DNA of 64,000 bases from Candidatus Beckwithbacteria bacterium CG10_big_fil_rev_8_21_14_0_10_34_10 (GCA_002773945.1 PEZT01000001.1:1131-65130); one strand, 5' to 3'. Positions 18,301 through 29,400 are shown, counted from the stretch's first letter. Notes: a model not told the origin generated them from the letters alone. Numbers and translations: made by a program.

Positions 18301-18380
18301 TGGGTTTACAGCTTTTGGCCTTAAAAGAACACCTTGGCATATCCGGCTTAGCATTTGTATAGGAAAAAATAATACAACTA

Positions 18381-18968
18381 TCAACCTTCAATAAACCTTG
18401 GTAACTCTATTCTGGTTCCGGGAATGGTCACTTGATCTCTCTTGTTAACAAGAGAGTCGGCAACAAAGACATCCTTATTGTGTGCTACTTGTTCCAATCT
18501 CAATCTCCCGTCAGCAACTTCAAGCCAATAGGCCTCGAAAGGTGTGCCTGCATTTCCAACTTGAAATCTCACTGCTCCTTTGCGTCCATCTGCTGATGTG
18601 TATGAACCGTGAATTTCCATAAAATGCTCACTTGAATGCACGAGTCGCCATTGGCCATTACTATCTACAACATAGCGAGGCTGGTCATCAACGGTGGTGC
18701 CTTTTATATCAATGTCTAGTTTAATTCCATTTACGGTACCTTCAATGTGGCCGTTGTGGTCATGAATTCCTTCGTCTACCCCCGACCAACTAAAAGTACT
18801 CAATTCTCTTTGTGCTTGCGGTTTTTCAGAAGTTAGAGCAATCAAAATTGCATGCCTTACTTTTTCAAACCGTGGCCACAATTCAGCGGTCTCTACGCTG
18901 GTCAAAAGATCATCGCTTTGGCTAGATAGCTGACCCAAACGTCTTTCAATTTCTCTGGTTCTACTCAT
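18381..18968 (-). CDS. Hypothetical protein with atypical (GC-rich, Lys-poor) composition; likely horizontally acquired
   Basis: GC is roughly 45% by eye against about 30% for neighbours. The protein is rich in R/E/D/G/V and I recognise no family for it. It abuts tRNA-Gly. Confidence 0.45.
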   Translation of the reverse strand: MSRTREIERRLGQLSSQSDDLLTSVETAELWPRFEKVRHAILIALTSEKPQAQRELSTFSWSGVDEGIHDHNGHIEGTVNGIKLDIDIKGTTVDDQPRYVVDSNGQWRLVHSSEHFMEIHGSYTSADGRKGAVRFQVGNAGTPFEAYWLEVADGRLRLEQVAHNKDVFVADSLVNKRDQVTIPGTRIELPRFIEG

Positions 18969-19040
18969 ACTGTAATTGTATTTCCTTTGTTAATTTCTAA
19001 TTACTTTATGTACGTTTCTGTTTATTTCTGTCCGTTTATG

Positions 19041-19112
19041 AGCGGGTGATGGGATTCGCACCCACGACCTTCTGCTTGGGAAGCAGACGCTCTACTACTG
19101 AACTACACCCGC
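19041..19112 (-). tRNA. tRNA-Gly (anticodon CCC)
   Basis: Reverse-complement reads GCGGGTG...TCTGC-TTCCCAA-GCAGA...GTGGG-TGCGAAT-CCCAT-CACCCGC. Confidence 0.75.
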
Positions 19113-19152
19113 AAATTATTAATTTAATATTTTAATAATAACAAAAAGGCTG

Positions 19153-19764
19153 TTATCTTGGTAGTTTTAGTTCTTGCCCAATTTCTAAGATATCAGGATT
19201 AACAAGGTTATTAACTTTAGCAATTTCCGGCCATTTATAGCCATCCTGGTAAGCTTTAATAGCAATCTCCCAGAGAAAATCACCCTGTTTAACAATATAT
19301 GTGTCTCCTGTAATTGTCTGGCTATTTTCTCCTGGTACCGGACTAATTGTTTCTGTGTTTGCTAAAATCTTTTCATCTATAACCTGAACTTCCGGTATTT
19401 CTAATTCCTGGCCTGCTTCCAGATGATTAGGATCATAAAGATTATTCTTTTTAGCAATATCTGTCCAGTTATATCCAGTTTTATAGACCTTTTCACTAAT
19501 TTTCCAAAGAGAATCACCTTCCTGAACAATATATTTATTCTTGTCTGTTCCTAAAACCAACTGTTGACCCTCAGCTTCTTTTAAACTAAGTTCTTGAACT
19601 TCTTCTAAAAGGGCTTGCTGGCCATTTTCTTGTTTAACACCAGTCTTAAAATAGTTAAAAATTAAGGCACCAACAGTAATAATTACCAATGCGCCTAAAA
19701 TGGTACTTATTGTGGGTTCATTAAGCTTAGCTTTTTTAAATAATGCTTTTAAATATTTTTCCAT
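19153..19764 (-). CDS. Membrane-anchored protein with two LysM domains
   Basis: N-terminal TM. Two LysM repeats are present: YIVQEGDSLWKISEKVY...NNLYDPNHLEAGQELEIP and YIVKQGDFLWEIAIKAY...NNLVNPDILEIGQELKLP. Confidence 0.7.
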   Translation of the reverse strand: MEKYLKALFKKAKLNEPTISTILGALVIITVGALIFNYFKTGVKQENGQQALLEEVQELSLKEAEGQQLVLGTDKNKYIVQEGDSLWKISEKVYKTGYNWTDIAKKNNLYDPNHLEAGQELEIPEVQVIDEKILANTETISPVPGENSQTITGDTYIVKQGDFLWEIAIKAYQDGYKWPEIAKVNNLVNPDILEIGQELKLPR

Positions 19765-19811
19765 ATTGAAGTTTTTATAAAGGAATCAAACCTCCTTTCT
19801 GGGCAGAAATG

Positions 19812-19887
19812 CGGTCGCGACCGGATTCGAACCGGCGATCTCGTCCTTGACAGGGACGCGTGTTAAACCAGGCTACACTACACGACC
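19812..19887 (-). tRNA. tRNA-Asp (anticodon GTC)
   Basis: Reverse-complement reads GGTCGTG...CGTCC-CTGTCAA-GGACG...GCCGG-TTCGAAT-CCGGT-CGCGACC. Confidence 0.8.
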
Positions 19888-19947
19888 AAAGTCAAGTAAA
19901 TATATCAAATAATTGAGGTAAAATCAATTAGATGATAAAATTAAACT

Positions 19948-21741
19948 ATGAAATTTAAGAAAAATTTAAGCAATCAGGAGCTGGCAGAAGGATTAAGATC
20001 AGTCGCTATGGCTTTAGAGATCCAAGGAGAGTCAGTTTTTAGAATAATAGCCTATAAGAAGGCGGCTTCAAGCATAGAGGACTTAAATCAAGACTTAAAA
20101 GAGATTTGGCAGAAAAAGGAGCTGGAAAACCTTCCGGGAATAGGAAAAAACATTGCTTCTCACTTAGATGAATACTTTAAAACCGGTGAGATAAAACATT
20201 TTAAAGAAGTTTTTAAAAATATTCCTGAATCAGTCTTCAAGTTAGCTAAAATTCCTGGGCTAGGACCTAAATTAGCCTTTAAATTAGCCAAAAACCTAAA
20301 GATAACAGACAAGAAAACAGTTTTAAAAAAGATAAAACAAGCGGCTTTAAGCCATAAAATAAGCCAATTCCCTGGCTTTGGGGTAAAAACCGAGCAAGAG
20401 ATTTTAATTGGTCTAGCTGAGATTAATAAGATGGAAAAACGCCTTTTATTACCAGAAGCAGAGAACATATCCAATAATTTAATTAATTATCTTAAAAAAT
20501 CAAAAGTAATTATTAAAGCTGATCCTTTAGGTAGTTTAAGAAGAAAAAAAGCAACTGTTAGAGATATTGATATAGCTATTTCTTCAAATAATCCCAAAGA
20601 AGTTATAAATTACTTTCTAAAATACCCAAATAAAAAGCGAATTGTTGAGTCAGGCGAGCATAAAGCCACAATCATCGTTACCCCAGATTATCAAGTTGAC
20701 TTAATGGTTGAAAAACCCGGAAGCTATGGTACTTTATTACAGCATTTTACAGGTTCTAAGGAACATAATATTCATTTAAGAGAAATTGCCATAAAAAATG
20801 GTTTAAGCCTGTCGGAACATGGCCTTAAAAAGGGGAAAAAGATAATAAAATTCAAATCAGAACAAGACTTGTACAAATACCTTAAAATGGAATATGTCCC
20901 GCCGGAAATAAGGGAGGATAGGGGAGAAATAGAAAAGTCTCTTCAAGGAAACTTACCCAAATTAGTCCAACTTTCAGATATAAAAGGTGATTTACACCTT
21001 CATAGTGACTTTAAAATTGAAACTAGCCATGATAATGGAGAGAACAGCATGAAAGAAATAAGAGACAAAGCCGCAGCATTAGGCTACCAATATATTGCTT
21101 TTTCAGAGCATAATCCAAGTATAAGCAATCATTCCAAAAAAGACATTATTAATATTATAAAAAGAAAAAAACAAATTATTGATAAACTAAATTACTCATT
21201 TAATAACGGCAAATTGAGTACAAAAAGTACTAAAGTGTTCATTTTTAACTCTTTAGAAATAGATATCAGACCAAATGGTTCATTATCTATCCCTGAAAAA
21301 GCTTTTAATTATCTTGATTTTGCGATTGTTTCAGTTCACTCAAGTTTTAGACTTAACAAAACAAAAATGACAAAGAGAGTTATATCTGGATTATCTCATC
21401 CAAAGATTAAAATCTTAGGCCACCCGACCGGAAGATTACTATTAAAGAGGCAGAGTTATCAACTGGATTGGGAAGTAATATTTGATTTTTGTTTAAACAA
21501 CAATAAATATTTAGAAATTAATGCTCATCCTAAGAGACTTGACTTATCAGACAGATTAATTAAAAAAGCTATTGATCTAGGTTTAAAATTATTTATAAAC
21601 AGCGATAGCCATGCAATTTCAGATATGAATAATATGAAATATGGAGTTTATAATGCCAGGCGAGGCTGGGCTAAAAAAGATGATATCCTAAATTGCATGA
21701 GCTATAATAATATAAAGAAATTATTAGTTTCCAAATCTTAA
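19948..21741 (+). CDS. Family X DNA polymerase (Pol beta-like) with C-terminal PHP phosphoesterase domain
   Basis: HhH motifs LPGIGKNIASHL and IPGLGPKLAFKL. A nucleotidyltransferase core is followed by a C-terminal PHP domain (HLHSDF...SEHNP...HSDSHA). Confidence 0.75.
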   Translation: MKFKKNLSNQELAEGLRSVAMALEIQGESVFRIIAYKKAASSIEDLNQDLKEIWQKKELENLPGIGKNIASHLDEYFKTGEIKHFKEVFKNIPESVFKLAKIPGLGPKLAFKLAKNLKITDKKTVLKKIKQAALSHKISQFPGFGVKTEQEILIGLAEINKMEKRLLLPEAENISNNLINYLKKSKVIIKADPLGSLRRKKATVRDIDIAISSNNPKEVINYFLKYPNKKRIVESGEHKATIIVTPDYQVDLMVEKPGSYGTLLQHFTGSKEHNIHLREIAIKNGLSLSEHGLKKGKKIIKFKSEQDLYKYLKMEYVPPEIREDRGEIEKSLQGNLPKLVQLSDIKGDLHLHSDFKIETSHDNGENSMKEIRDKAAALGYQYIAFSEHNPSISNHSKKDIINIIKRKKQIIDKLNYSFNNGKLSTKSTKVFIFNSLEIDIRPNGSLSIPEKAFNYLDFAIVSVHSSFRLNKTKMTKRVISGLSHPKIKILGHPTGRLLLKRQSYQLDWEVIFDFCLNNNKYLEINAHPKRLDLSDRLIKKAIDLGLKLFINSDSHAISDMNNMKYGVYNARRGWAKKDDILNCMSYNNIKKLLVSKS

Positions 21742-21763
21742 AAAAGGATTGGAGGTGAGAATA

Positions 21764-22357
21764 ATGAATATTTTAACTTTATTACTAGTTATAGCTGCTT
21801 TTATTGCCGTTTATATTTTTAATTTATATAACCGGTTTGTAACTATTAAAACCAGGATTAAAGCTTCAATTCAGGAGATTGGTAATCAACTTAAAAGACA
21901 AGCAGAATTAATTCCTAATTTAATTGCTTCGGTTAAAGGCTATATGAAGCACGAAAGCAAGATTTTTAAAGACTTGACTGAGGCTCGGAAAACTATTCTT
22001 TCCGCCGTCAAAGGAGGAAATACTCAAAAGATGGTTGATGCCGCTAGCGCGGTTTCTAAAAGTTTACCAGCCATTCAGGCGGTATTTGAAAGTACCCCTG
22101 AACTAAAAGCGTCTGGTCCAACCACCAAGCTGATGGATGAATTAAGAGACACTTCAGATAAAGTAATGTATAGCCGGAGAACCTTAATTGATTTAAGTGC
22201 TGATTATAATATTATGATTGTTAGGTTTCCCAGCAATTTAGTGGCTCAAATTTTCAAATTTAAAGAAGAAACTGGTTTAAAAATGCCAGTTGGAGCAGAG
22301 GAAAAAGCGACTAAAGTGGCAGCCGAAGACTTAAAAACACCAAAAGTCGATTTATAA
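21764..22357 (+). CDS. LemA-family membrane protein
   Basis: TM followed by NRFVTIKTRIKASIQEIGNQLKRQAELIPNL, which is LemA-like. Shine-Dalgarno GGAGGTGA lies 7 nt upstream of the ATG at 21764. The annotated 21749 start is TTG. Confidence 0.65.
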   Translation: MNILTLLLVIAAFIAVYIFNLYNRFVTIKTRIKASIQEIGNQLKRQAELIPNLIASVKGYMKHESKIFKDLTEARKTILSAVKGGNTQKMVDAASAVSKSLPAIQAVFESTPELKASGPTTKLMDELRDTSDKVMYSRRTLIDLSADYNIMIVRFPSNLVAQIFKFKEETGLKMPVGAEEKATKVAAEDLKTPKVDL

Positions 22358-22381
22358 AAAATAAATAGTTAAGAAGTAATT

Positions 22382-23287
22382 ATGCTTAATGTCTTTGAAC
22401 AAATAGACCGCAATAAGCAGAAATCATTTTTAGTGATTGTTGGTTTTATTGCTTTTATTGGCTTAGCCACCTGGGTATTTTCTCAAGTTTTGGATTTTGG
22501 CCTTCAAGGTATTGGAGTGGCTTTAATATTTGCCGGCCTAATGAGTTTTTCATCATATTATTGGTCAGACAAAATTATTCTTTCTATTTCTGCAGCCAGG
22601 CCAGCTTCTAAGAGCAAAGATTTTCTTTTTTATACGGTCACCGAAAATTTAAGTTTAGCGGCCCAGATACCCATGCCAAGACTTTATATAATTAATGATA
22701 CGGCTTTAAATGCTTTTGCGACGGGAAGAGATCCTGACCACGCGGTTGTTTGTGCAACCAGCGGTTTATTGCAAAGTTTAAATAGGACTGAGTTAGAGGG
22801 AGTGATTGCCCATGAGTTGTCTCATGTTAAAAATTATGACATTAGATTAATGTCAATGGTCACAGTTTTAGTCGGATTATTAACTCTTTTAGCAGATTGG
22901 TTTTTAAGGGGTTCCAGAATTATGGGAAAAGGAAGGAAAAAGGAAAACGGTCAAATCCAGGGGATCCTTTTTGTGGCGGCCATAATTTTAGCTCTATTAT
23001 CTCCTTTAATTGCAAATTTAATTAAGTTATTGATTTCTAGAAGGAGAGAGTTTTTAGCTGATGCTGGTTCAGCTTTAATAACTAGACAACCTCAGGGTTT
23101 AATGTCTGCTTTAGAAAAAATATCTAAAGATAAAGAACCCTTGGAAGCGGCTAATAAAGCCACCGCCCATTTATATATCTCAAATCCTTTAAAAAATCTT
23201 CATCAAGGAGTGGGCTGGTTTGTCGGTCTTTTTAATACCCACCCGCCGATTGAATTAAGAATTAAGGCTTTAAAAGAAATGCTTTAA
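22382..23287 (+). CDS. htpX: M48-family membrane protease HtpX
   Basis: TM helices with a HELSHVKNYD (HExxH) zincin motif. Overall layout is HtpX-like. Confidence 0.75.
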   Translation: MLNVFEQIDRNKQKSFLVIVGFIAFIGLATWVFSQVLDFGLQGIGVALIFAGLMSFSSYYWSDKIILSISAARPASKSKDFLFYTVTENLSLAAQIPMPRLYIINDTALNAFATGRDPDHAVVCATSGLLQSLNRTELEGVIAHELSHVKNYDIRLMSMVTVLVGLLTLLADWFLRGSRIMGKGRKKENGQIQGILFVAAIILALLSPLIANLIKLLISRRREFLADAGSALITRQPQGLMSALEKISKDKEPLEAANKATAHLYISNPLKNLHQGVGWFVGLFNTHPPIELRIKALKEML

Positions 23288-23335
23288 TTTTAAAAAAAGA
23301 GTTGAAAAATATTTTTAAAAAAGAGACAATTCATT

Positions 23336-23644
23336 TTGAAAATGAAAAAATCCAATAAAAAGATCTTAAGTGAAAAGCAAGTCCTTCATATAGCAAAATT
23401 AGCTAACCTTGAATTAACTTCTAAAGAGGTTTTAAAATTTCAAAGCCAACTTTCAGAAATCTTAAACTATATTAAAGTTCTAAAAAGGGTTGAGACAAAT
23501 AATATTAAACCAACATCACAGGTAACAGGTTTGAAAAACGTTTTTAGAGAAGATAAAATAATCTCCTCGTTAACCCAAAAATACGCCTTAGAAAATAGTA
23601 AAAAGAAAACAAAAGACTATTTTAAAGTTAAAGCCATATTTTAA
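23336..23644 (+). CDS. gatC: Glu/Asp-tRNA amidotransferase subunit C
   Basis: About 100 aa containing HIAKLANLELTSKEV...LSEILNYIKVL. It is immediately upstream of gatA and gatB. Confidence 0.75.
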   Translation: MKMKKSNKKILSEKQVLHIAKLANLELTSKEVLKFQSQLSEILNYIKVLKRVETNNIKPTSQVTGLKNVFREDKIISSLTQKYALENSKKKTKDYFKVKAIF

Positions 23645-23652
23645 GAAAAAAA

Positions 23653-25074
23653 ATGCTAAATCAATTAACCATTATTCAAGCTTTAAAAGGTCTTCAAGAA
23701 AAAAAGTTTTCTAGCCAGGAATTGGTAAAAGACTGCTTAAAAAACATAGATAGGGTGGACAAAAAAATAGGGGCTTTTATAACTGTTTCTAGATCTAAAT
23801 CGCTAGAAAAAGCAAAGAAAGTTGATAATTTAATTAAGACGAATCCCTCAATATTTAAAGAAAAACCACTGTTGGGAATTCCCATGGCTCTTAAAGATAT
23901 TTATTCAACTAAAGGAATAAAGACCACCGCTGGAAGTAAAGTATTAGCTGACTATATTCCTCCCTATGATGCGACTGTAGTTAAGCGTTTAAAAAAAGCC
24001 GGCGCTATAATTATTGGAAAAACAAATCTAGATGCCTGGGCTCATGGATCATCCGGTGAAAACTCGGATTTTTTCCCGACTCACAATCCGTGGAACTTAA
24101 AAAAGGTACCAGGCGGTTCTTCATCTGGTTCAGCGGCCGCATTAAGTAGCAGTCAATGTTTAATGAGTATGGGAACTGATACTGGCGGTTCAATTAGGCA
24201 ACCAGCTAGTTTTTGTAATTTAGTGGGTTTAAAGCCTACCTATGGCAGAGTTAGCCGCTATGGCATCATTAGTATGGCTTCATCTTTAGATTCAATTGGC
24301 CATTTTACTAAAACAGTGGCAGATTCAGCTTTTGTTTTACAAATAACGGCTGGTCAAGATAGTCTTGATGCGACTACTCCCAATGTAACAGTCCCTAATT
24401 ATTCTAATAAACTAACAAAACCCAATAAAGAGCTAAAAATTGGTTTACCAAAAGAATATTTTAGTGAGGGAGTAGACTCTCAAATGAGAAAGACGGTAGA
24501 AATAGCGGCTGGTCTTTTAGAGGCTCAAGGACACGAGATTATAAATGTTAGTTTAAAAACAACTAAATATGCTTGTCCGGCTTATTATATTATTCAGCCG
24601 GCTGAACTTTCTTCTAATTTAGCCAGATTTGACGGTATTCGCTATGGAAATTCCAGAAGCTTTTTTGGTGATGAAGCTAAAAGAAGAATTATGTTGGGAA
24701 CATATACTTTATCTTCCGGTTATTACGAAGCTTATTACTTAAAAGCAATGAAACTGAGATCTTTAATAATTAGCGATTTTAAAAAAGTTTTTAAAGAGGT
24801 GGATTTGCTTTTAGCGCCGGTATCACCTTTTCCGCCTTTTAATTTAGGCGAAAAAGTTAATGATCCTTTAAAAATGTACTTGTCGGATGTTCTAACAATT
24901 TCTGTTAATTTAGCCGGCCTGCCAGCCATGAGTTTACCCTGTGGTTTTACAAATGATAACTTACCTATTGGAATGCAGTTTATTGCCCTTCAATTTAAAG
25001 AGGAGGTCCTATTTAATGTTGGCCATCAATATCAGCAATTAACCGATTGGCACAAAAAAAGACCTAATATTTAA
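23653..25074 (+). CDS. gatA: Glu/Asp-tRNA amidotransferase subunit A (amidase signature)
   Basis: GGSSSGSAAALSS and TDTGGSIRQPASFCN are the amidase signature. Confidence 0.9.
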   Translation: MLNQLTIIQALKGLQEKKFSSQELVKDCLKNIDRVDKKIGAFITVSRSKSLEKAKKVDNLIKTNPSIFKEKPLLGIPMALKDIYSTKGIKTTAGSKVLADYIPPYDATVVKRLKKAGAIIIGKTNLDAWAHGSSGENSDFFPTHNPWNLKKVPGGSSSGSAAALSSSQCLMSMGTDTGGSIRQPASFCNLVGLKPTYGRVSRYGIISMASSLDSIGHFTKTVADSAFVLQITAGQDSLDATTPNVTVPNYSNKLTKPNKELKIGLPKEYFSEGVDSQMRKTVEIAAGLLEAQGHEIINVSLKTTKYACPAYYIIQPAELSSNLARFDGIRYGNSRSFFGDEAKRRIMLGTYTLSSGYYEAYYLKAMKLRSLIISDFKKVFKEVDLLLAPVSPFPPFNLGEKVNDPLKMYLSDVLTISVNLAGLPAMSLPCGFTNDNLPIGMQFIALQFKEEVLFNVGHQYQQLTDWHKKRPNI

Positions 25075-26400
25075 ATGAAAACAGATCCAAAATATAAAAC
25101 AGTAATTGGAATGGAAGTTCACCTTGAACTAAAAACAAAATCTAAGATGTTTTGTGGTTGTTCGGCTTATCATTTCCAAATTAAACCAAATACTCATACT
25201 TGCCCAGTTTGCTTAGGTCTGCCAGGTGCTTTGCCGGTTCCCAATAAGAAAGCAATTGATTGGTGTATTTTAATTGGGTTAGCCTTAAAGTGTCAGCCAG
25301 CTTTTGAATCAAAATTTGACCGGAAAAACTATTTTTACCCCGACCTATCTAAAGGTTATCAAATATCCCAGTATGATCTTCCTTTTTGCCAAAAGGGATT
25401 TTTGGAAGTTGAAAATAAAAAAATAAGGATTAACCGAGTCCATATGGAGGAAGATACGGGGAAATTAATTCATAAGAAAATTGATGGCAGAGCGGTTAGT
25501 TTAGTTGATTTTAACCGCTCTGGTGTCCCTTTAGTGGAAATTGTAACTGAGGCAGATATTTATTCATCCAAAGAAGCAATAGAATATCTTAAAAAAATCC
25601 AGCAGATTGTTAGATCTTTAGAAGTTTCAGATTGTGATATGGAAAAGGGAAGCATGCGCTGTGAAGCAAATATTTCCCTAACTAATAACAATAAAATGGC
25701 TAACTATAAAGTCGAGTTAAAAAACATTAACTCCTTTAAGTTTTTAAAAAAAGGAATTGAGTATGAAATTAAAAGACAAAAGGAGATTTTAATATCCAAA
25801 AAAAACCCGATCCAGGAAACAAGAGGTTTTAATGAAAAAACAGGCAAGACTTTTTCTCAAAGAAGCAAAGAAGAAGCTCATGACTATCGATATTTTCCTG
25901 AACCAGACATTCCCCCAATAGATATATCTAAAAATCAGTTAGAACAAATAAAAAAAGAATTAAAAGAATTACCTGATGAAAAGTTTATTCGTTTTACAGT
26001 TGAATTGGGTTTAAAAGAAAGAGATGTTCAAGTGGTCCTTAAAAACAATAAAACCACCCAGTACATAGAAAGTTTAAGCCAACTTGCTTCGAAAGATGAA
26101 CTAAAGGAGCTTTTAAAAATAGTGGTTAATAAGAGAGTGGATATAAGAAAAGTTAGCCCTAAAAAGTTAGTTGAAAATTTCAGAAATAAAAAGACAGCTA
26201 AACTAATTGGAAAGGATTTACTTTTAAAAATTATTATAAAAGTAATAAAAGATAATGAAAAGGCAGTTAAAGACTATAAAAAAGGTAAACTGGAAGTAAT
26301 TGGGTATTTAATTGGCAAAGTAATAGCCGAATCAAAAGGTAAAAGTGATCCTCAATTAGTAAAAAAGATGATGGTTGAAAAGCTTAAGAATGGCATTTAA
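25075..26400 (+). CDS. gatB: Glu/Asp-tRNA amidotransferase subunit B
   Basis: IGMEVHLELKTKSKMFCGCS is the GatB N-terminus, and the C-terminal GatB/YqeY domain is present. Confidence 0.9.
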   Translation: MKTDPKYKTVIGMEVHLELKTKSKMFCGCSAYHFQIKPNTHTCPVCLGLPGALPVPNKKAIDWCILIGLALKCQPAFESKFDRKNYFYPDLSKGYQISQYDLPFCQKGFLEVENKKIRINRVHMEEDTGKLIHKKIDGRAVSLVDFNRSGVPLVEIVTEADIYSSKEAIEYLKKIQQIVRSLEVSDCDMEKGSMRCEANISLTNNNKMANYKVELKNINSFKFLKKGIEYEIKRQKEILISKKNPIQETRGFNEKTGKTFSQRSKEEAHDYRYFPEPDIPPIDISKNQLEQIKKELKELPDEKFIRFTVELGLKERDVQVVLKNNKTTQYIESLSQLASKDELKELLKIVVNKRVDIRKVSPKKLVENFRNKKTAKLIGKDLLLKIIIKVIKDNEKAVKDYKKGKLEVIGYLIGKVIAESKGKSDPQLVKKMMVEKLKNGI

Positions 26401-26409
26401 TATTAAATA

Positions 26410-29400
26410 ATGATTGATTTTGTTCATCTTCATACTCACACAGAATATTCTCTTTTAGATGGTCTGTCTAAAATAAGTGAATTAGTTACCCGGGCTAAAG
26501 AATACAAAATGAAGGCTTGCGCTATTACAGATCATGGAGTGATGTATGGAGTAATTCCTTTTTATATTGAATGTTTAAAACAAGGAATAAAACCAATAAT
26601 TGGCTGTGAAATCTATATGGCTCATCGCTCTCGACATGATAAACAAGCTAAGATTGATGCTGATCAATATCATCTTATTTTATTGGCAAAAGACTTTAAA
26701 GGCTACCAGAATTTAATGAAATTACTGACTAAAGCTCACTTAGAAGGATTTTATTATCGACCTCGAGCAGATTTTGAGCTTTTAGAAGAATATCATCAAG
26801 GCTTAATTTGCACCTCGGCTTGTATTGAGGGAGAAATTCCTCATTTATTTCTCAATAATAAAGATGAAGAAGCAGAAAAGGTCGCTAAAAAACTTCTAAA
26901 AATATTTGGAGATGATTTTTATCTTGAAATTCAATCTCACGAAAAAATAGCTAAACAAGAAATAGCCAATAAAAAGATAATTGCTCTTTCTAAAAAGTTA
27001 GGAATCCCTTTAGTAGCTACCAATGATGTTCACTATGTTGATAAGGATGATGCTGAGGCTCAAGATGCGCTTCTGGCTGTCCAAACAAAAAAAGTGATTA
27101 CTGACAAAAACAGATTAACAATGTTAAACTCACCTGATTTTTATTTTAAAAGTCCTAAAGAAATGAAAGCTCTTTTTATTGAGCAACCAGAAGCAATCAA
27201 AAACACTGTTAAAGTAGCTTTAAAATGCAACTTAAAAATACCGATTGGTGACTGGGTTTTGCCTCGATATCCTCTTCCAAAAGGAAAAACTGCCGAAGTT
27301 CTTTTAGAGGAAATGGTTAAAAAAAAGCTAGGTTATCGTTTTCCAAAACCCACCTCCGAGATAAAAAAAAGATTAAAGTACGAATTAGATGTAATCTGCA
27401 CCAAGGGTTTTGCCACTTATTTTCTTATTGTTCAAGACTTTGTTATTTGGGCTAAGAGTCAGAATATTAGAGTGGGTCCAGGCAGAGGTAGTGCGGCTGG
27501 ATCCCTTGTTTCTTATATTTTAAGAATTACTTCAATTAATCCTTTGGAACATAAGATTCCTTTTGAAAGATTTTTAAGTCCAGATCGCCCTACTCCTCCA
27601 GATATAGATCTTGATTTTGCTGATGACAGGAGAGATGAAGTGATTGAATATGTCACTAACAAATACGGGAAAGATAAAGTAGCCCAAATAATTACTTTTG
27701 GCACTATGGAAGCCAGGGGTTCAATTAGAGATATTGGTCGAGTTTTGGATATGCCTTATTCAGAGCCAGACCAAATAGCCAAGCTAATTCCAGTTGGTCA
27801 TTCAATTGAAGAGGCTTTAGTATCAGTTTTCGAACTTCAAGAACTATATAAAGAAGAAAAATACAAAAAGCTAATAAATTTAGCTAAAAAAGTCGAAGGC
27901 TGTTCACGACACGCTTCAACCCATGCAGCTGGAGTAGTAATTGCTGATAAAGACTTAACTGATTATGTTCCTTTGCAAAAAGAATCCCGAGGAGAAAGAA
28001 TTGTGACGCAGTATGATATGTATTCCTTAGATTTAAATGTCTCTGAAGAAGCAATTGGTCTTTTGAAAATGGACTTTTTAGGTTTAAGAAACTTATCTAT
28101 TTTGCAAAAATCAATTGAATTAGTGGAAGAAAATATTGGTACAAAAGTTGATGTTTCAGAATTGCCTTTGGATGATCCTAAGGTCTATGAACTTATATGC
28201 CGCGGAGAAACAATTGGTGTCTTTCAATTAGAATCCTCAGGTATGAGAAGAGTGGCAAAAAATCTAAAACCAACTGTTTTTTCCGATATTACTGCCATGG
28301 TCGCTTTGTATCGACCGGGACCAATGGAACTTATTCCTGAATTTATTCGAGGGAAGGAAAACCTAAATAGAGTTAAGTATCCCCATGAAGATCTCAAGGA
28401 TATTTTAGAAGAAACATATGGAATTGCCTTATATCAAGAGCAATGTCTTCAAATTGCTAATTTAATGGCCGGTTTTACAATGACCGAAGCAGATAATTTA
28501 AGAAGAGCGATCGGAAAAAAGAAAAGATCCATTATGGTAAAAGAAAAAGTGAAATTTATTAAAGGCGCTAATAAAAAGAAATACTCCAAAGAGATAGCGG
28601 AAAAAGTTTGGAGCTATATTGAGAGATTTGCCGGTTATGGTTTTAACAAAGCTCATTCAGTCTCTTATGCCATGATTGCTTATCAAACTGCCTATATGAA
28701 AGCTCACTATCCGGTTGAATTTATGACGGCTTTATTAACCGCTGATTCAGTGTCTTCATCAGGTCCTATTAAAGACGAAAAAATATCCCGGGGGATAGGC
28801 GAAGCTAAAAGAATGAATATATATATTCGACCGCCGGATATAAATTTGTCAAAAACCTGGTTTAGTATTGAAAAAGACCCCCATTCTTTAGAAGGAAAGT
28901 CGATTCGTTTTGGTTTAGCGGCCGTTAAGAATGTAGGCGAGGCGGCCATTAATGCTATTCTTGTCAGTCGTAAAGAAAAAGGCAATTTTACTTCCCTGGC
29001 TGATTTTTGCAGTCGGGTTGAAGGCCAAAAAGCCAATAAGAAAGTTATAGAAAGTTTAATTCAAGTAGGGGCTTTTGATGCCTTTGGGAAAAGAGCTCCA
29101 ATGCTTTCTGCTCTTGAAAAAATTAGACAAAAAGCAGTTCAAGAACAAAAAAGACAGTCTAATGGTCAAACATCTCTCTTTGGATCTGAAAGCCCAGCTA
29201 AAAACAACCCTGGCTTTAAGGATGATTTGCCGGAAATTGATGAGTTTGATAGTTCTGATCTTCTAAGCCTGGAAAAAAAACTATTAGGTATTTATTTAAC
29301 GGATAATCCCTTAACAAAAGTATTAGCTAGGATAGAAAAAGAAACTAGTCATCGTCTTTTTGAGCTTGATGCTCATGAACTTAAGGATAGAAGAGTGAAG

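Noticed and set aside
18109-18324. 71-aa plus-strand ORF in the 18.0-18.4 kb spacer
   Set aside because: Its composition is aberrant and it overlaps the tRNA-like remnant. This is more likely non-coding sequence than a gene.
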